A stretch of DNA of 64,000 nucleotides from Pseudomonadota bacterium (lineage in GTDB: Archaea > Thermoplasmatota > SW-10-69-26 > JACQPN01 > JAJPHT01): NCBI GenBank assembly GCA_021325135.1, contig JAJPHT010000015.1, forward strand, positions 96,001 to 160,000, in the 5' to 3' direction. Both the position numbers and the translations under genes were made by a program. The notes beneath the pieces were generated by a model. It did no database searches. It saw only the letters and a list, made by a program, of their open reading frames with translations, and was not told the origin of the DNA. This document shows positions 38,452 through 48,029 of the stretch, in pieces. Within the stretch, counting starts at the first letter, position 1. Every line of letters starts with the position of its first letter.

Positions 38452-39060
38452 ATGCGGATGGCTGGCCCTGACGTCGTGCTCTTCATCGTGGGCGCCCTGC
38501 TTTTCGGCGGCGCCTTGACCGCCATCATCGTGACCCAGGGGCCTGGCGCCTTCACGGGCACCGCCGGCTCGCCCAGCGGGCTCTACTCGGTGACGTGGAC
38601 GACGGCCAGCGGCACCCCGAAGAGCCTCCAGGTCTCCGACTTCACCGGCGGCAGCGTGAAGGGCTCGGTCAACGGCACCAACGTGGACAAGGTCACCGTG
38701 AGCGTGACGTGCTCCGACCCCGCCTCCGCGGCGGTGCCCTTCGCCATCTCCGTGAACGTGGACGGCCCCAACAACCTCAAGGGCAAGGGGAGCGGCAACT
38801 GCGGCGACAAGATCGAGGTCGTCGTCAAGGTGCAGGACGTCCCCGGCCCCACCTCCGCCTCGGGCAGCACGCCCGAGGCCGCGGCGTCGAGCCTCCCGGC
38901 GAACCCCAACGCCACCGCGGGTGTGGGCGACTGGACGATCACCTTCAGCGGCTCGCGCGGCCCCACGGGCGCGCTGCCCGTCCCTGCCCCCGGCCCCAGC
39001 GGCACCATCTCGCTCGTGGCCGAGACCTTCTCGCCCAAGCTCGACCCCGTCGCCAAGTGA
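38452..39060 (+). CDS. N-terminally anchored extracellular beta-rich protein
   Basis: N-terminal TM, Ser/Thr/Gly-rich body, Cys pair. Confidence 0.75.
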   Translation: MRMAGPDVVLFIVGALLFGGALTAIIVTQGPGAFTGTAGSPSGLYSVTWTTASGTPKSLQVSDFTGGSVKGSVNGTNVDKVTVSVTCSDPASAAVPFAISVNVDGPNNLKGKGSGNCGDKIEVVVKVQDVPGPTSASGSTPEAAASSLPANPNATAGVGDWTITFSGSRGPTGALPVPAPGPSGTISLVAETFSPKLDPVAK

Positions 39061-39077
39061 GGACGTGAGGCGATCCC

Positions 39078-40652
39078 ATGAGCTTCCTGAAGCGAGCCCT
39101 GTCGCGCTACGGCATGAAGAAGGCCCCCGAGGACGTCATCGCCCAGGCGAACGACCCTTCCAAGTCGCTCAAGAAGAGCCTGGGCGCCCTGGACCTCACG
39201 CTCCTGGGCGTCGGCGCCATCATCGGCGCGGGCATCTTCGTCTACGCGGGCCTGGGCGCCCAGATCGCGGGCCCCCACATCATCTGGTCCTTCGTCCTCG
39301 TGGGCGCCATCTGCGGCCTCGCCGGCCTGGCCTACGCCGAGCTGGCCTCCTCCATCCCCACCAGCGGCAGCGCCTACGGCTACACGTACAGCGCGCTGGG
39401 CGAGACGCTGGCGTGGATCCTGGGCTGGGCGCTGGTCCTGGAGTACGCCGTCGGCGCGGCCGCCGTCGCCATCTCGTGGAGCAACAACTTCGTCGCGCTC
39501 TGGCGCGGCGTCACGCACACCGAGCTTCCCGTGTGGGCCACCAACTCCTACTTCAGCGGCGTGCCCGGCGGCGTCGTCAACCTGCCCGCGCTCCTCCTTG
39601 CGCTCCTCGTCACGACGATCCTCGTGGTGGGCGCCAAGCAGGCCGCGCGCTTCACCGGCGTCTTCGTCGCCGCGAAGATCGCGATCCTCGCCATCGTCAT
39701 CGGCCTGGGCGTCTTCTTCATCCACGGCGCGAACCTCTCGCTGGCCCCGCCCCCGTCGCCCTCCGGCGCGTGGTACGCGGCGCTGGGCGCCGTGGGCCCC
39801 GTCCTCGCGGGCGGCGCTATCATCTTCTTCGCCTACATCGGCTTCGACGCCGTCAGCACCACGGCGGAGGAGACGAAGAACCCCAAGCGCGACCTGCCCA
39901 TCGGCATCCTGGGCTCGCTGGCCATCTGCACCGTGCTCTACATCCTCGCGAGCCTCGTGCTCCTGGGCATGATCCCGTACACGGACCTCTCGCCGGGCAA
40001 CGGCGTCAGCGTCGCGGACGCCTCGCGCCACCTGGGCGAGCCCTTCGGCTGGGCGTTCGAGAAGAACGGCATCCTGTGGGCCGCGAACCTGGTGCGCCTG
40101 GGCGCCGTCATCGGCGTCGCCAGCGTCGAGATGGTCCTCCTCATGGGCGGCCCGCGCGTCTTCTTCGCCCTCGCGCGCGACGGCCTGCTCCCCAAGAGCT
40201 GGAGCGCCGTCCACCCCAGGTTCGGCACGCCGTCGCGCACGACCATCGGCACCGGCATCGCGGTCGCCCTCGTCGCGGGCTTCGGCACGCTGGGCATCGC
40301 GGGCCAGATCACCAACATCGGCACCCTCTTCGCGTTCGTCCTCGTGTGCATCGGCGTCATCGTGCTTCGCTACACGAAGCCCGAGATGCGCAGGCCGTTC
40401 AAGGTGCCGCTCAACATCGGGCGCTTCCCGATCCTCGCCGCGCTGGGCGCCGTCATGTGCCTCGCGCTGGCGTTCAGCCTGGCGCCCATCACGATCCTGG
40501 CGTTCTTCGCCTGGATGGGCCTGGGCCTCGTGATCTACGCGCTCTACGGCATCCGCAAGAGCCATCTCTTCGGCCACGTCGGGCGCGAGCCGGAGGCGCT
40601 CAAGCCCGTGGACGTCGACGTGGTCCTTGAGGAAGTGCCGCCCAGCGGCTAG
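39078..40652 (+). CDS. APC family amino acid permease
   Basis: GVGAIIGAGIF, GSAYGY, FFAYIGFD, AEETKNPKRDLP. Confidence 0.95.
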   Translation: MSFLKRALSRYGMKKAPEDVIAQANDPSKSLKKSLGALDLTLLGVGAIIGAGIFVYAGLGAQIAGPHIIWSFVLVGAICGLAGLAYAELASSIPTSGSAYGYTYSALGETLAWILGWALVLEYAVGAAAVAISWSNNFVALWRGVTHTELPVWATNSYFSGVPGGVVNLPALLLALLVTTILVVGAKQAARFTGVFVAAKIAILAIVIGLGVFFIHGANLSLAPPPSPSGAWYAALGAVGPVLAGGAIIFFAYIGFDAVSTTAEETKNPKRDLPIGILGSLAICTVLYILASLVLLGMIPYTDLSPGNGVSVADASRHLGEPFGWAFEKNGILWAANLVRLGAVIGVASVEMVLLMGGPRVFFALARDGLLPKSWSAVHPRFGTPSRTTIGTGIAVALVAGFGTLGIAGQITNIGTLFAFVLVCIGVIVLRYTKPEMRRPFKVPLNIGRFPILAALGAVMCLALAFSLAPITILAFFAWMGLGLVIYALYGIRKSHLFGHVGREPEALKPVDVDVVLEEVPPSG

Positions 40653-40963
40653 CCCGCGCGCTGCGCCTTGAGGTCGGCCACGAGCGCCTCCAGCGCGCGC
40701 ACGTAGGCGTCGAACGCCTCGCGCCCGCGCGGCGTCATGGCGACGAGCCGGCCGCGCCGCAGGGAGAGGATGGCGTCGCGCTGCTCGACGTAGCCCGCCC
40801 TCTCCAGCGCCTCCAGGTGCCCCGCGAGGTTGCCCGGCGTGAGGCCGGTCGCGTCGCGCAGGGCGGCGAAGCGCATGCGCTCCACGGCCACGAGCCGGCT
40901 CGCGATGGCGATGCGCGCCGGCGCGTGGAGCGCCGGATCGAGCCCGCTCCAGGCGGCTTTCAT
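40649..40963 (-). CDS. Winged-helix transcriptional regulator (HTH_34-type)
   Basis: LDPALHAPARIAI...LTPGNLAGHLEALERAGYV...TPRGREAF. Confidence 0.88.
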   Translation of the reverse strand: MKAAWSGLDPALHAPARIAIASRLVAVERMRFAALRDATGLTPGNLAGHLEALERAGYVEQRDAILSLRRGRLVAMTPRGREAFDAYVRALEALVADLKAQRAG

Positions 40964-41568
40964 GCCGGGCTCCGCGCGCGGCGCCGGCCTGTGAGCGCCA
41001 TGGCGAGGCCGAAGGCGAGGAGGGCCGCGACGACGGGCCAGGAGGAGCCGCGCACGAATGCCAGCATGATCGCGACGGCGCCCAGCGCGAGGGCGAGGCC
41101 GGCGTGCGCGGCGTCGCGCGAGCGCGCGGCCTGGAGCGCCAGCAGGAGCGCGCCGCCGCCCAGCGCGAGGGAGGTGACGAGGTCGGGCCGCGAGGCCTCC
41201 ACGGCCACCGCCACGGAGACGACCGTCAGGAGGACCACGCTCCAGCGGGCCCCCGCGGGGACGCCCCAGAGCGCGTCGGGCTCGACGCCAAGCCTCCGGA
41301 AGAGGCGGCGCCGCTGCCAGAGGGCGACGCCCAGCACCAGCAGCGCCCCCGCGACCATGAGCCCCAGGCGCAGCCCGCCCAGCCCGCGGCCGCGCCAGAG
41401 GGGCTCGAAGGAGAAGGGCGCGAAGAGCGCGCCCAGCGCGAAGACCGTCGCGCCCACCACCTTGTAGTACGCGCCGATGCGCCGCTCGCGCTCGCGCGCC
41501 TGCCACGCACGGCCTTCGTCCAGCGCCTCGCGCGCCGCCTGCACGTCGGGGGGAAGGGGATCTCCCAT
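40960..41568 (-). CDS. Membrane protein cotranscribed with the regulator
   Basis: About 6 TM; ATGA overlap. Confidence 0.7.
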   Translation of the reverse strand: MGDPLPPDVQAAREALDEGRAWQARERERRIGAYYKVVGATVFALGALFAPFSFEPLWRGRGLGGLRLGLMVAGALLVLGVALWQRRRLFRRLGVEPDALWGVPAGARWSVVLLTVVSVAVAVEASRPDLVTSLALGGGALLLALQAARSRDAAHAGLALALGAVAIMLAFVRGSSWPVVAALLAFGLAMALTGRRRARSPA

Positions 41569-41710
41569 GGGCGCCCCCAACGCCTCCCGGGGTGATGAAG
41601 GGGCGACGAAGTTTCCTCGGCAAACTCCCCGAGGCCTAGAACGCCTCGCGCCCAAGCTGAGAAGCCGTGTTCAACAAGCAGCAACTAGGGGACCCCAGGA
41701 GGGCCGTCTC

Positions 41711-41824
41711 ATGCACCCCGACGTGCCCTCCTCGACGCTGGCCGGCTTCTCGAACATGACGGGCATCCTGGCCTTCCTGGCCACCAAGGACACCAGCATG
41801 GGCGGCGCGTACCTCGTCCGCTGA
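41711..41824 (+). CDS. 37-aa microprotein MHPDVPSSTLAGFSNMTGILAFLATKDTSMGGAYLVR
   Basis: AGGAGG RBS; every sense codon ends in G or C. Confidence 0.7.
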   Translation: MHPDVPSSTLAGFSNMTGILAFLATKDTSMGGAYLVR

Positions 41825-41844
41825 ACTCCCCTTCACAAGCAGCA

Positions 41845-42044
41845 TCGGTTGGTCCCCGGCTGCGGATTGGGGTTCGCTCCCCTCCGCGGTCGTGCCGCGC
41901 GCCTTGCATCCCGCGCGGCCAGGTTCGCAAGATCGGTCCCAGTCCCCGTCTGCGGTTCGCTCCGCGACGGGGCTCCTCCGCGCGCCTTCGTGAGGCTGAG
42001 CGTGTGGGCCGTCCCACTGCGGTCGGACGTTTTTTCCTTTTCTT
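41845..42044 (+). ncRNA. Putative structured RNA or 3' UTR ending in a T-tract
   Basis: Two stems with identical TTCGCT loops, further hairpins, TTTTTTCCTTTT at 42030. Confidence 0.4.
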
Positions 42045-42094
42045 GCGGCGATCCCGGGAGAGCCTTCTTCTGCCAAGGCCACCCTGGGCCGGAC

Positions 42095-44389
42095 GTGGCC
42101 AAGCGGAAGGGCGACGAGCTGGCAGCCGAGGAGAGCCCCTTCAAGCCCCTCAGCGCGCCCTCCGCTCCGGTCCCGCCCCCCGCGCCCGAGCCCTCCGCCG
42201 CGCCCGTGGCCATGGTCCCCCTGGAAAGCATCCCCGGCATCGACCCGCGCATCCCCCCCGCGCTGCGCGCCAACGGCTACGGCGACCTCTGGCCCAGCCA
42301 GCAGGAGGCGGCGCCCCTGGCGGTCGCGGGGAAGAACCTCGTCCTCGCCGTGCCCACGGCCTCCGGCAAGAGCCTCGTCGCGTACCTCGCCCTCCTCTCC
42401 AAGGCGCTCAAGGGCGCGCACGGCCTCTACCTCGTGCCGCTGCGCGCGCTGGCCTCCGAGAAGTACGAGGACCTCAAGGCGCTGGGCGCCGCGCTGGGCC
42501 TGCGCGTCGCCATCGCCACGGGCGACCTGGACGCCGAGGACCCGCAGCTCGCGCGTTTTGATATCGTGGTCGCCACCTCGGAGAAGGCCGACGCGCTCCT
42601 GCGCCACAAGGCGCAATGGCTCACCAACATGGGCTGCATCGTCGCGGACGAGGTGCACCTCATGGGCGACCCCGGCCGCGGCCCCACGCTGGAGGTGCTG
42701 CTGGCGCGCTTCAAGCAGCTCAACCCCTCGGCGCAGATCGTGGCGCTCTCGGCGACCATCCAGAACTCGCGCCAGATCGCCGAGTGGCTGGGCGCCGCGC
42801 ACGTGAAGACCGAGTGGCGCCCCGTGCAGCTTCGCGAGGGCATCCTCTACGGCGAGGCCATCACGTTCACCGACGGCGAGCGCCAGAAGGTGGAGAGCGG
42901 CCTGGAGGACGCGAGCCTCGCCCTCACCGAGGACTCCGTGCGCAAGGGGGGCAGCGTCATCGTGTTCGTCTCCACGCGCAAGAGCACCGAGGCGCTGGCC
43001 GAGAAGCTCGTGGCCGCGACGCGCGGCTCGCTCACCGACGCCAACAAGGCGGCGCTCGCCGAGGCCACCGCGTCGCTCAAGGGCAGCGACGAGACCAGCG
43101 TCGAGAAGCGGCTCGCCAAGTGCATGATGGGCGGCGCCGCCTTCCACCACGCGGGCCTGCGCAACGCCGAGCGCGGCCTCGTGGAGCGCCTCTTCAAGGC
43201 GGGCCACCTCAAGGCCCTCAGCGCGACGCCCACCCTCGCCGCGGGCGTCAACCTCCCGGCGCGCCGCGTCGTCGTCCGCGACCTCTTCCGCTACGACGTG
43301 AACAGCGGCAACGTGGCCATCCCCGTGCTGGAGTACAAGCAGATGGCCGGCCGCGCCGGGCGCCCGCGCTACGACAAGGTGGGCGAGGCCATCACCATCG
43401 CGAAGACGCACGACCAGCGCGGCGAGATCAGCGCGTCGTTCCTTTTCGCGGACCCCGAGCGGATCGAGAGCAAGCTGGGCACCGAGAACGCGCTGCGCAC
43501 GCACGTCCTCTCCAGCATCGCGTCCGAGTTCGTGGGCGACGAGGCCGAGCTTGACGCCTTCATGAAGGCGACCTTCTACGCGCACACGTCCGACACCTGG
43601 GTGCTCAAGGAGCGCACGACGCGCGTCATCGACTTCCTGCTGGAGAACGAGCTGATCACGGCCCAGGGCGACGCGTTCCAGGCGACGCGCTTCGGCAAGC
43701 GCGTGAGCGAGCTTTACGTCGACCCCAAGAGCGCGGTGCAGATCCGCGCCGGCCTCGCGCGCGTGGGCGAGGCGCGCCTCACGCCCATGAGCTTCCTGCA
43801 CCTCATCGCGTCCACGCCCGACATGATCCCGCTCTACCTGCGCAAGGGGGACGAGTGGCTGGCGGGCGTCGCCATGGAGCGCGAGGCGGAAATCCTCGTC
43901 CCGCAGAAGCACGGCGCGGACTACGAGTTCTTCCTGGCGGAGCTGAAGACCGCCTCGCTCCTCCACGACTGGATCGAGGAGGCGCCCGAGGAGGAGATGC
44001 TCAAGAAGTACGGCGCGTACCCCGGCGACGTCGCCAGCAAGGTGGAGACCGCGCGCTGGCTCCTCTACGCCACCGAGGAGATCGCGCGCATCTTCCAGAA
44101 GGAGGCCACCAAGCCCGTCACGCAATTGGCGGCGCGCGTGCAGCACGGCGCCCGCGCGGAGCTGCTGCCCCTCCTGGAGCTTCGCGGCGTGGGCCGCTGG
44201 CGCGCCCGGCAGCTCTGGCGCGCGGGCTATCATTCCCGGGACCTGCTCGCGCAGGCCTCCTTCGCGGACCTCACCCGCGTGCAGGGCATCGGCCCCGGCG
44301 TCGCCGCGAGCATCCTCAAGGAGCTTGGCCGCGACCCCGAGGCGGAGGCGCCTGCGCCGCGCAGCGGGCAGCAGACGTTGTGGGAGTAG
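42095..44389 (+). CDS. hel308: Hel308/Hjm SF2 helicase
   Basis: PTASGKS, PLRALA, DEVH, LSATI, FHHAGL, TPTLAAGVNLPA, QMAGRAGRP, C-terminal HhH. Confidence 0.95.
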   Translation: MAKRKGDELAAEESPFKPLSAPSAPVPPPAPEPSAAPVAMVPLESIPGIDPRIPPALRANGYGDLWPSQQEAAPLAVAGKNLVLAVPTASGKSLVAYLALLSKALKGAHGLYLVPLRALASEKYEDLKALGAALGLRVAIATGDLDAEDPQLARFDIVVATSEKADALLRHKAQWLTNMGCIVADEVHLMGDPGRGPTLEVLLARFKQLNPSAQIVALSATIQNSRQIAEWLGAAHVKTEWRPVQLREGILYGEAITFTDGERQKVESGLEDASLALTEDSVRKGGSVIVFVSTRKSTEALAEKLVAATRGSLTDANKAALAEATASLKGSDETSVEKRLAKCMMGGAAFHHAGLRNAERGLVERLFKAGHLKALSATPTLAAGVNLPARRVVVRDLFRYDVNSGNVAIPVLEYKQMAGRAGRPRYDKVGEAITIAKTHDQRGEISASFLFADPERIESKLGTENALRTHVLSSIASEFVGDEAELDAFMKATFYAHTSDTWVLKERTTRVIDFLLENELITAQGDAFQATRFGKRVSELYVDPKSAVQIRAGLARVGEARLTPMSFLHLIASTPDMIPLYLRKGDEWLAGVAMEREAEILVPQKHGADYEFFLAELKTASLLHDWIEEAPEEEMLKKYGAYPGDVASKVETARWLLYATEEIARIFQKEATKPVTQLAARVQHGARAELLPLLELRGVGRWRARQLWRAGYHSRDLLAQASFADLTRVQGIGPGVAASILKELGRDPEAEAPAPRSGQQTLWE

Positions 44390-44394
44390 ACGCC

Positions 44395-44874
44395 ATGGCG
44401 GAGCCCGCGATCCACGCCTACCGGGGCCGCGTCGACGACGTGAAGGCCCTGCTCGCGCGCATCCCCAAGGGGGTCCAGCTCCTGCGCGCCGACCGCGTGT
44501 ACGGGCCCGACCACCTGCGCCTCGCCGCGAGGCTCGCCGCGCGTGCGGTGGCCGAGGGGCGCGCCCGCAGCGCAGACCTGCCCACCGAGACGCTGCTCTA
44601 CGCGGCGGGCGAGCGGCAGGTGGGCAAGGCCATCGCGTTCCTGGGCCTGCACGCGGGCGTCGTCGCCATCGCGGCCGTGGCGTGGGACCGCGCGGCGCTG
44701 GACGCGCTGGCGCGGGCCGAAGGGTGGACGCGCGACGACGCGCTCCTCGCGGGCGGCCCCACGGTGCTCGACGCCTTCGGCGTCTCGCCGGAGGAGCGCG
44801 CGATGCTCCCGCCCTCGCGGTGGGACGAGCTGGTGCTGGAGCGCGTGGCGCTGACGGACGTGCTGAAGGCCTAG
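44395..44874 (+). CDS. cgi121: KEOPS complex subunit Cgi121
   Basis: QLLRADRVYGPDHL, ETLLYAAGERQVGKAI, LVLERVAL. Confidence 0.85.
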   Translation: MAEPAIHAYRGRVDDVKALLARIPKGVQLLRADRVYGPDHLRLAARLAARAVAEGRARSADLPTETLLYAAGERQVGKAIAFLGLHAGVVAIAAVAWDRAALDALARAEGWTRDDALLAGGPTVLDAFGVSPEERAMLPPSRWDELVLERVALTDVLKA

Positions 44875-44965
44875 AGCCCGGTCGGCGGCGCCAAGAGCGG
44901 GGGTTCAGGGGACTATAGCCCTTGTGTGCCCATGCGGGACTCGTGACAGGCCCACATCGGGCCTG

Positions 44966-45415
44966 CTACGGGAGTCCGACCAACAAGGTTTCCAGCTTCA
45001 CGCGCCCCCCGACTCCGATCGGGCAACCCACCGCGCCGCTCGGGGGCGGGCCGGGATCAAACGTGATGCAGGGAAGGTTCGCGGTGAGCGCCAGGATTGC
45101 GGGTGATTCGACATTGCCGGTGATGGCTGAGACGGAGTAGCCAGCGAAGCCCGCGGACACCTCGGCCCGGGGCTCAGCGTTTCTGCTCACGGTGGCGAGG
45201 AGGGAGCGCGCGTTCGGGTCGTCATACCCATAAACCGCGTAGTAGTCCGGCGCTTGGGTGCCTGGGGTCCACTCCACCAGGGTTACATCCCCCGACTTGA
45301 CGGCGAAGGCGACGGCGGGCGTGGTGGGATCGGGGAGAAGGCCTGCGGCGGGGGAAGCTCCGACTGTGGCGAGGAGAAAGCCAAAGGCGAGGAGCAAACG
45401 CAAGCGTGCGGACAT
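44966..45415 (-). CDS. Secreted hypothetical protein (AT-richer island)
   Basis: Signal peptide; atypical codon use. Confidence 0.6.
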   Translation of the reverse strand: MSARLRLLLAFGFLLATVGASPAAGLLPDPTTPAVAFAVKSGDVTLVEWTPGTQAPDYYAVYGYDDPNARSLLATVSRNAEPRAEVSAGFAGYSVSAITGNVESPAILALTANLPCITFDPGPPPSGAVGCPIGVGGRVKLETLLVGLP

Positions 45416-45828
45416 GGCGAAGCCTCGACCAGAACCGGCACGAGGTCCCTTAACCCTGTTGTCCGCTCGGGGCCCTCTCGTCCTTGGAGGTGGGAAATAA
45501 CCTCCTGCTGATGATTGCCCAGCGCCGATTTTGTAGAGTTTTGTCGTGAAACTCGGGACCCCGGAAGCTTCTGGCGCATAGGCTATACGTTACCCCTCGG
45601 TTCGTTACGGGACCGTCATGCGTTCTCTTGCGGGCAGGCTGGCCGCTGGATTTCCCGCCGGGCGCGACAGCGGCAGGAAGCTCCACGTGGGGTCATTGAA
45701 GAAATTCGCTGTCGGCTAACTTGCTGCGCCGAAGCTGTTATCGTCTCAGAAGATATCAGGGGCCGGGGAACCGGCTGTTGGTCGCGGCATGGCCGCGATG
45801 TTGCAGGTTTTCCACAGGTGAACCAACC

Positions 45829-46959
45829 ATGAATCAGACACGCAGGATCGGCGGCGCCTTGTTCGCTGCCTCGTTGTTCGTCGTCCTGGCTCCCTTCGCG
45901 GAGGCCATGGACTCGAACGCCACGCCCTCGCCCATCTCCTGGGTCCCCGACGCGCACACAGGCTTCGATTGGGCCGCGATGCCCAACGACACCCACGTTG
46001 TCGTGGACGCCATCCACGCGCAGAACCGCGTGGACCTGACGGGGATCAGCACGCCTTTTCTCGATGTGGAGGTTACCGGGCTCGCGTCGGAGGAACCTCT
46101 GCAAGTCACGGACACGGTGGACGGAACGGCCTATCGCGACTATGCCTATCCCACCGGGCACGCGATCTTCTGGCACATCCCCGCAGCACCGGGGGCTCTC
46201 GTGCTTCGTGACCCATCCGACGGAGTCGTGCTCACCACCGTGACGCTCACCCAGGAATCCGTCCATCTCCAGATGGCGGGCGGCGGAGGCTCCGTTCAGT
46301 ACCAACCCAATCCGCCCTGCGGAAGCTGCGGGCGCGTGCCGCAATACACGGGCAGCGATCCTGACGCGCAAACGTGGGTGACGCTTAACGGCGCAGATTC
46401 GTTCTCCTCGGATGTCACGATTTCGGTAACGACCGGCTGGAAGCACACGAACGTTTTCGTGGCGTCCGGCAACTACGGGGGCGGGCTATCGGCCAGCGGC
46501 AGCAAGAACTACCAATGGACGGAAGGCGCCAACGTCTTCATCCAGTCCAACGGCGCCGGGCAGGTCGGCCAAATCCTCGTCTGGGTCCGGAAGGACCATT
46601 ACGACGACGGCTCCTCCGACGTTTATGCAGTCAGTCCAGCCCGCGGCTACGGGAGCGTTGGGTGGAACTGGAATCCTACCCACGCGGGCCACACCTACCG
46701 CCTCCAGAACAGCCAAACCAACGGCGCCCAGGGCTTCGCTCTCACGGAGTCACACTCTGGCGGAGTCACTTGGAGTGGCGGCTGGAGCTACGGCGGGTTC
46801 ACGGGGAGCGCCGCCACGACTTCCACGACGGACAACAACGCGGTGGTCACGTTCACCTTCAAGGCCAACGACAACGCGCTACACACCTACACGTACAACG
46901 TGGTCAGCGGCGACGGCGCTGCAAACGGCATGGTCGGTTACGCCTGGAAGGAAAGCTGA
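45829..46959 (+). CDS. Secreted protein; C-terminal half resembles aerolysin/ETX-type beta-hairpin proteins
   Basis: AGGTGA RBS; signal ending AEA; two Ser/Thr/Gly-rich amphipathic beta-hairpin-like segments; function inferred only. Confidence 0.7.
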   Translation: MNQTRRIGGALFAASLFVVLAPFAEAMDSNATPSPISWVPDAHTGFDWAAMPNDTHVVVDAIHAQNRVDLTGISTPFLDVEVTGLASEEPLQVTDTVDGTAYRDYAYPTGHAIFWHIPAAPGALVLRDPSDGVVLTTVTLTQESVHLQMAGGGGSVQYQPNPPCGSCGRVPQYTGSDPDAQTWVTLNGADSFSSDVTISVTTGWKHTNVFVASGNYGGGLSASGSKNYQWTEGANVFIQSNGAGQVGQILVWVRKDHYDDGSSDVYAVSPARGYGSVGWNWNPTHAGHTYRLQNSQTNGAQGFALTESHSGGVTWSGGWSYGGFTGSAATTSTTDNNAVVTFTFKANDNALHTYTYNVVSGDGAANGMVGYAWKES

Positions 46960-46965
46960 ATCGCC

Positions 46966-47760
46966 ATGACACGCAGCACCCCCCTGCTCCTCCTCATCTC
47001 CATTTCCCTCTCACCCCTGAGCGGATGCACGTCCAGCGGGTCGCAGCCCTCAGACTCCACAGCGCGTCCTGTCGCGGCAATCCCGATGCCCCGCTTCGAC
47101 GGAATCATCACGCCCCAAGAATGGGACGACGCCACGCGCCTCAACGGCACGTTCACCATCCACGACGGCGGCAAGGCGGATGGGTCCTACCCGTTCAACC
47201 TTTGGATGGGTGCTACGCAAGATGCGCTGCTCCTCGCCATCAAGGTCTACAACGGGACGCCCAATCCCTTCAACACCCCGAACGCCACCTGGGCCGATCA
47301 TGTCGATTTCTTCTTCAGCATGAACGGCACAGGAAATCTTACTCCGCCTTCATTCGATATCACAGCGGCGACCTATCCCGGGTCTTCCTTCATCGACCGC
47401 GCGTTTTGGAACGGGCATGAATGGGAAACGGATCCGGATGATGATGGAGTTGCATTGAAGAATGGACAGCCCACCGGAGGAACGTGGGCCATCGCGCATT
47501 CAGACCCCGGCACAACATCTTTTGAAGTCTATACTCCTCGCTATCCAGCGCACGCGATTCGAAATGGACTCCGGCTTCCCGCTGGGGCCGAGTTTCATAT
47601 GGCCTTCTCTTACATGAGACAAGGCGATATCGACCCCGGTTCTATAAGTCCAGACGCGAGGGGAGACTTCAGGTGGCCGCACAGCGTCTTTCCGGGCGAC
47701 GGTTACAACCCATTTGGTATGTACCATCCTCAAGAGTGGCTAACCTTCAAGATGAGGTAG
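46966..47760 (+). CDS. Lipoprotein with CBM9/DOMON-like N-terminal motif
   Basis: Lipobox LSGC; PRFDGIITPQEWDDA. Confidence 0.75.
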   Translation: MTRSTPLLLLISISLSPLSGCTSSGSQPSDSTARPVAAIPMPRFDGIITPQEWDDATRLNGTFTIHDGGKADGSYPFNLWMGATQDALLLAIKVYNGTPNPFNTPNATWADHVDFFFSMNGTGNLTPPSFDITAATYPGSSFIDRAFWNGHEWETDPDDDGVALKNGQPTGGTWAIAHSDPGTTSFEVYTPRYPAHAIRNGLRLPAGAEFHMAFSYMRQGDIDPGSISPDARGDFRWPHSVFPGDGYNPFGMYHPQEWLTFKMR

Positions 47761-47917
47761 ACTCGGGTGCGCGACTCGTCCCGATCCCTAAGGGCGGTTC
47801 CTGCGCTGCCGCGCGCCAGTTTGCACAGCTCGCCGCGGACCCGGCGGACCATTGGGACCGGCACCAGGCGCCCGGCCCGGAAAATCTCTCTCCTTGCATC
47901 TCTCCTCTTTCTTTGAT

Positions 47918-47980
47918 TCATGGGGCGGGCTCAGCGGCGGCTGCGGCGGGGACGACGGCGAGGAGGAGGATGGCTCTCAT
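47918..47980 (-). pseudogene. Signal-peptide-only stub MRAILLLAVVPAAAAAEPAP
   Basis: Host-like codons; stops where the AT-richer sequence begins. Confidence 0.35.
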
Positions 47981-48029
47981 GGCGAGCCCGCAGCGGCGCG
48001 CGGCGTCTTGGCCTTGGCGCCTGCGCGCC

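Noticed and set aside
41601-41640. Minus-strand GAGGAAACTTC resembling the RNase P RNA 5' motif
   Set aside because: Imperfect match, runs into a CDS, and no matching 3' P4 motif
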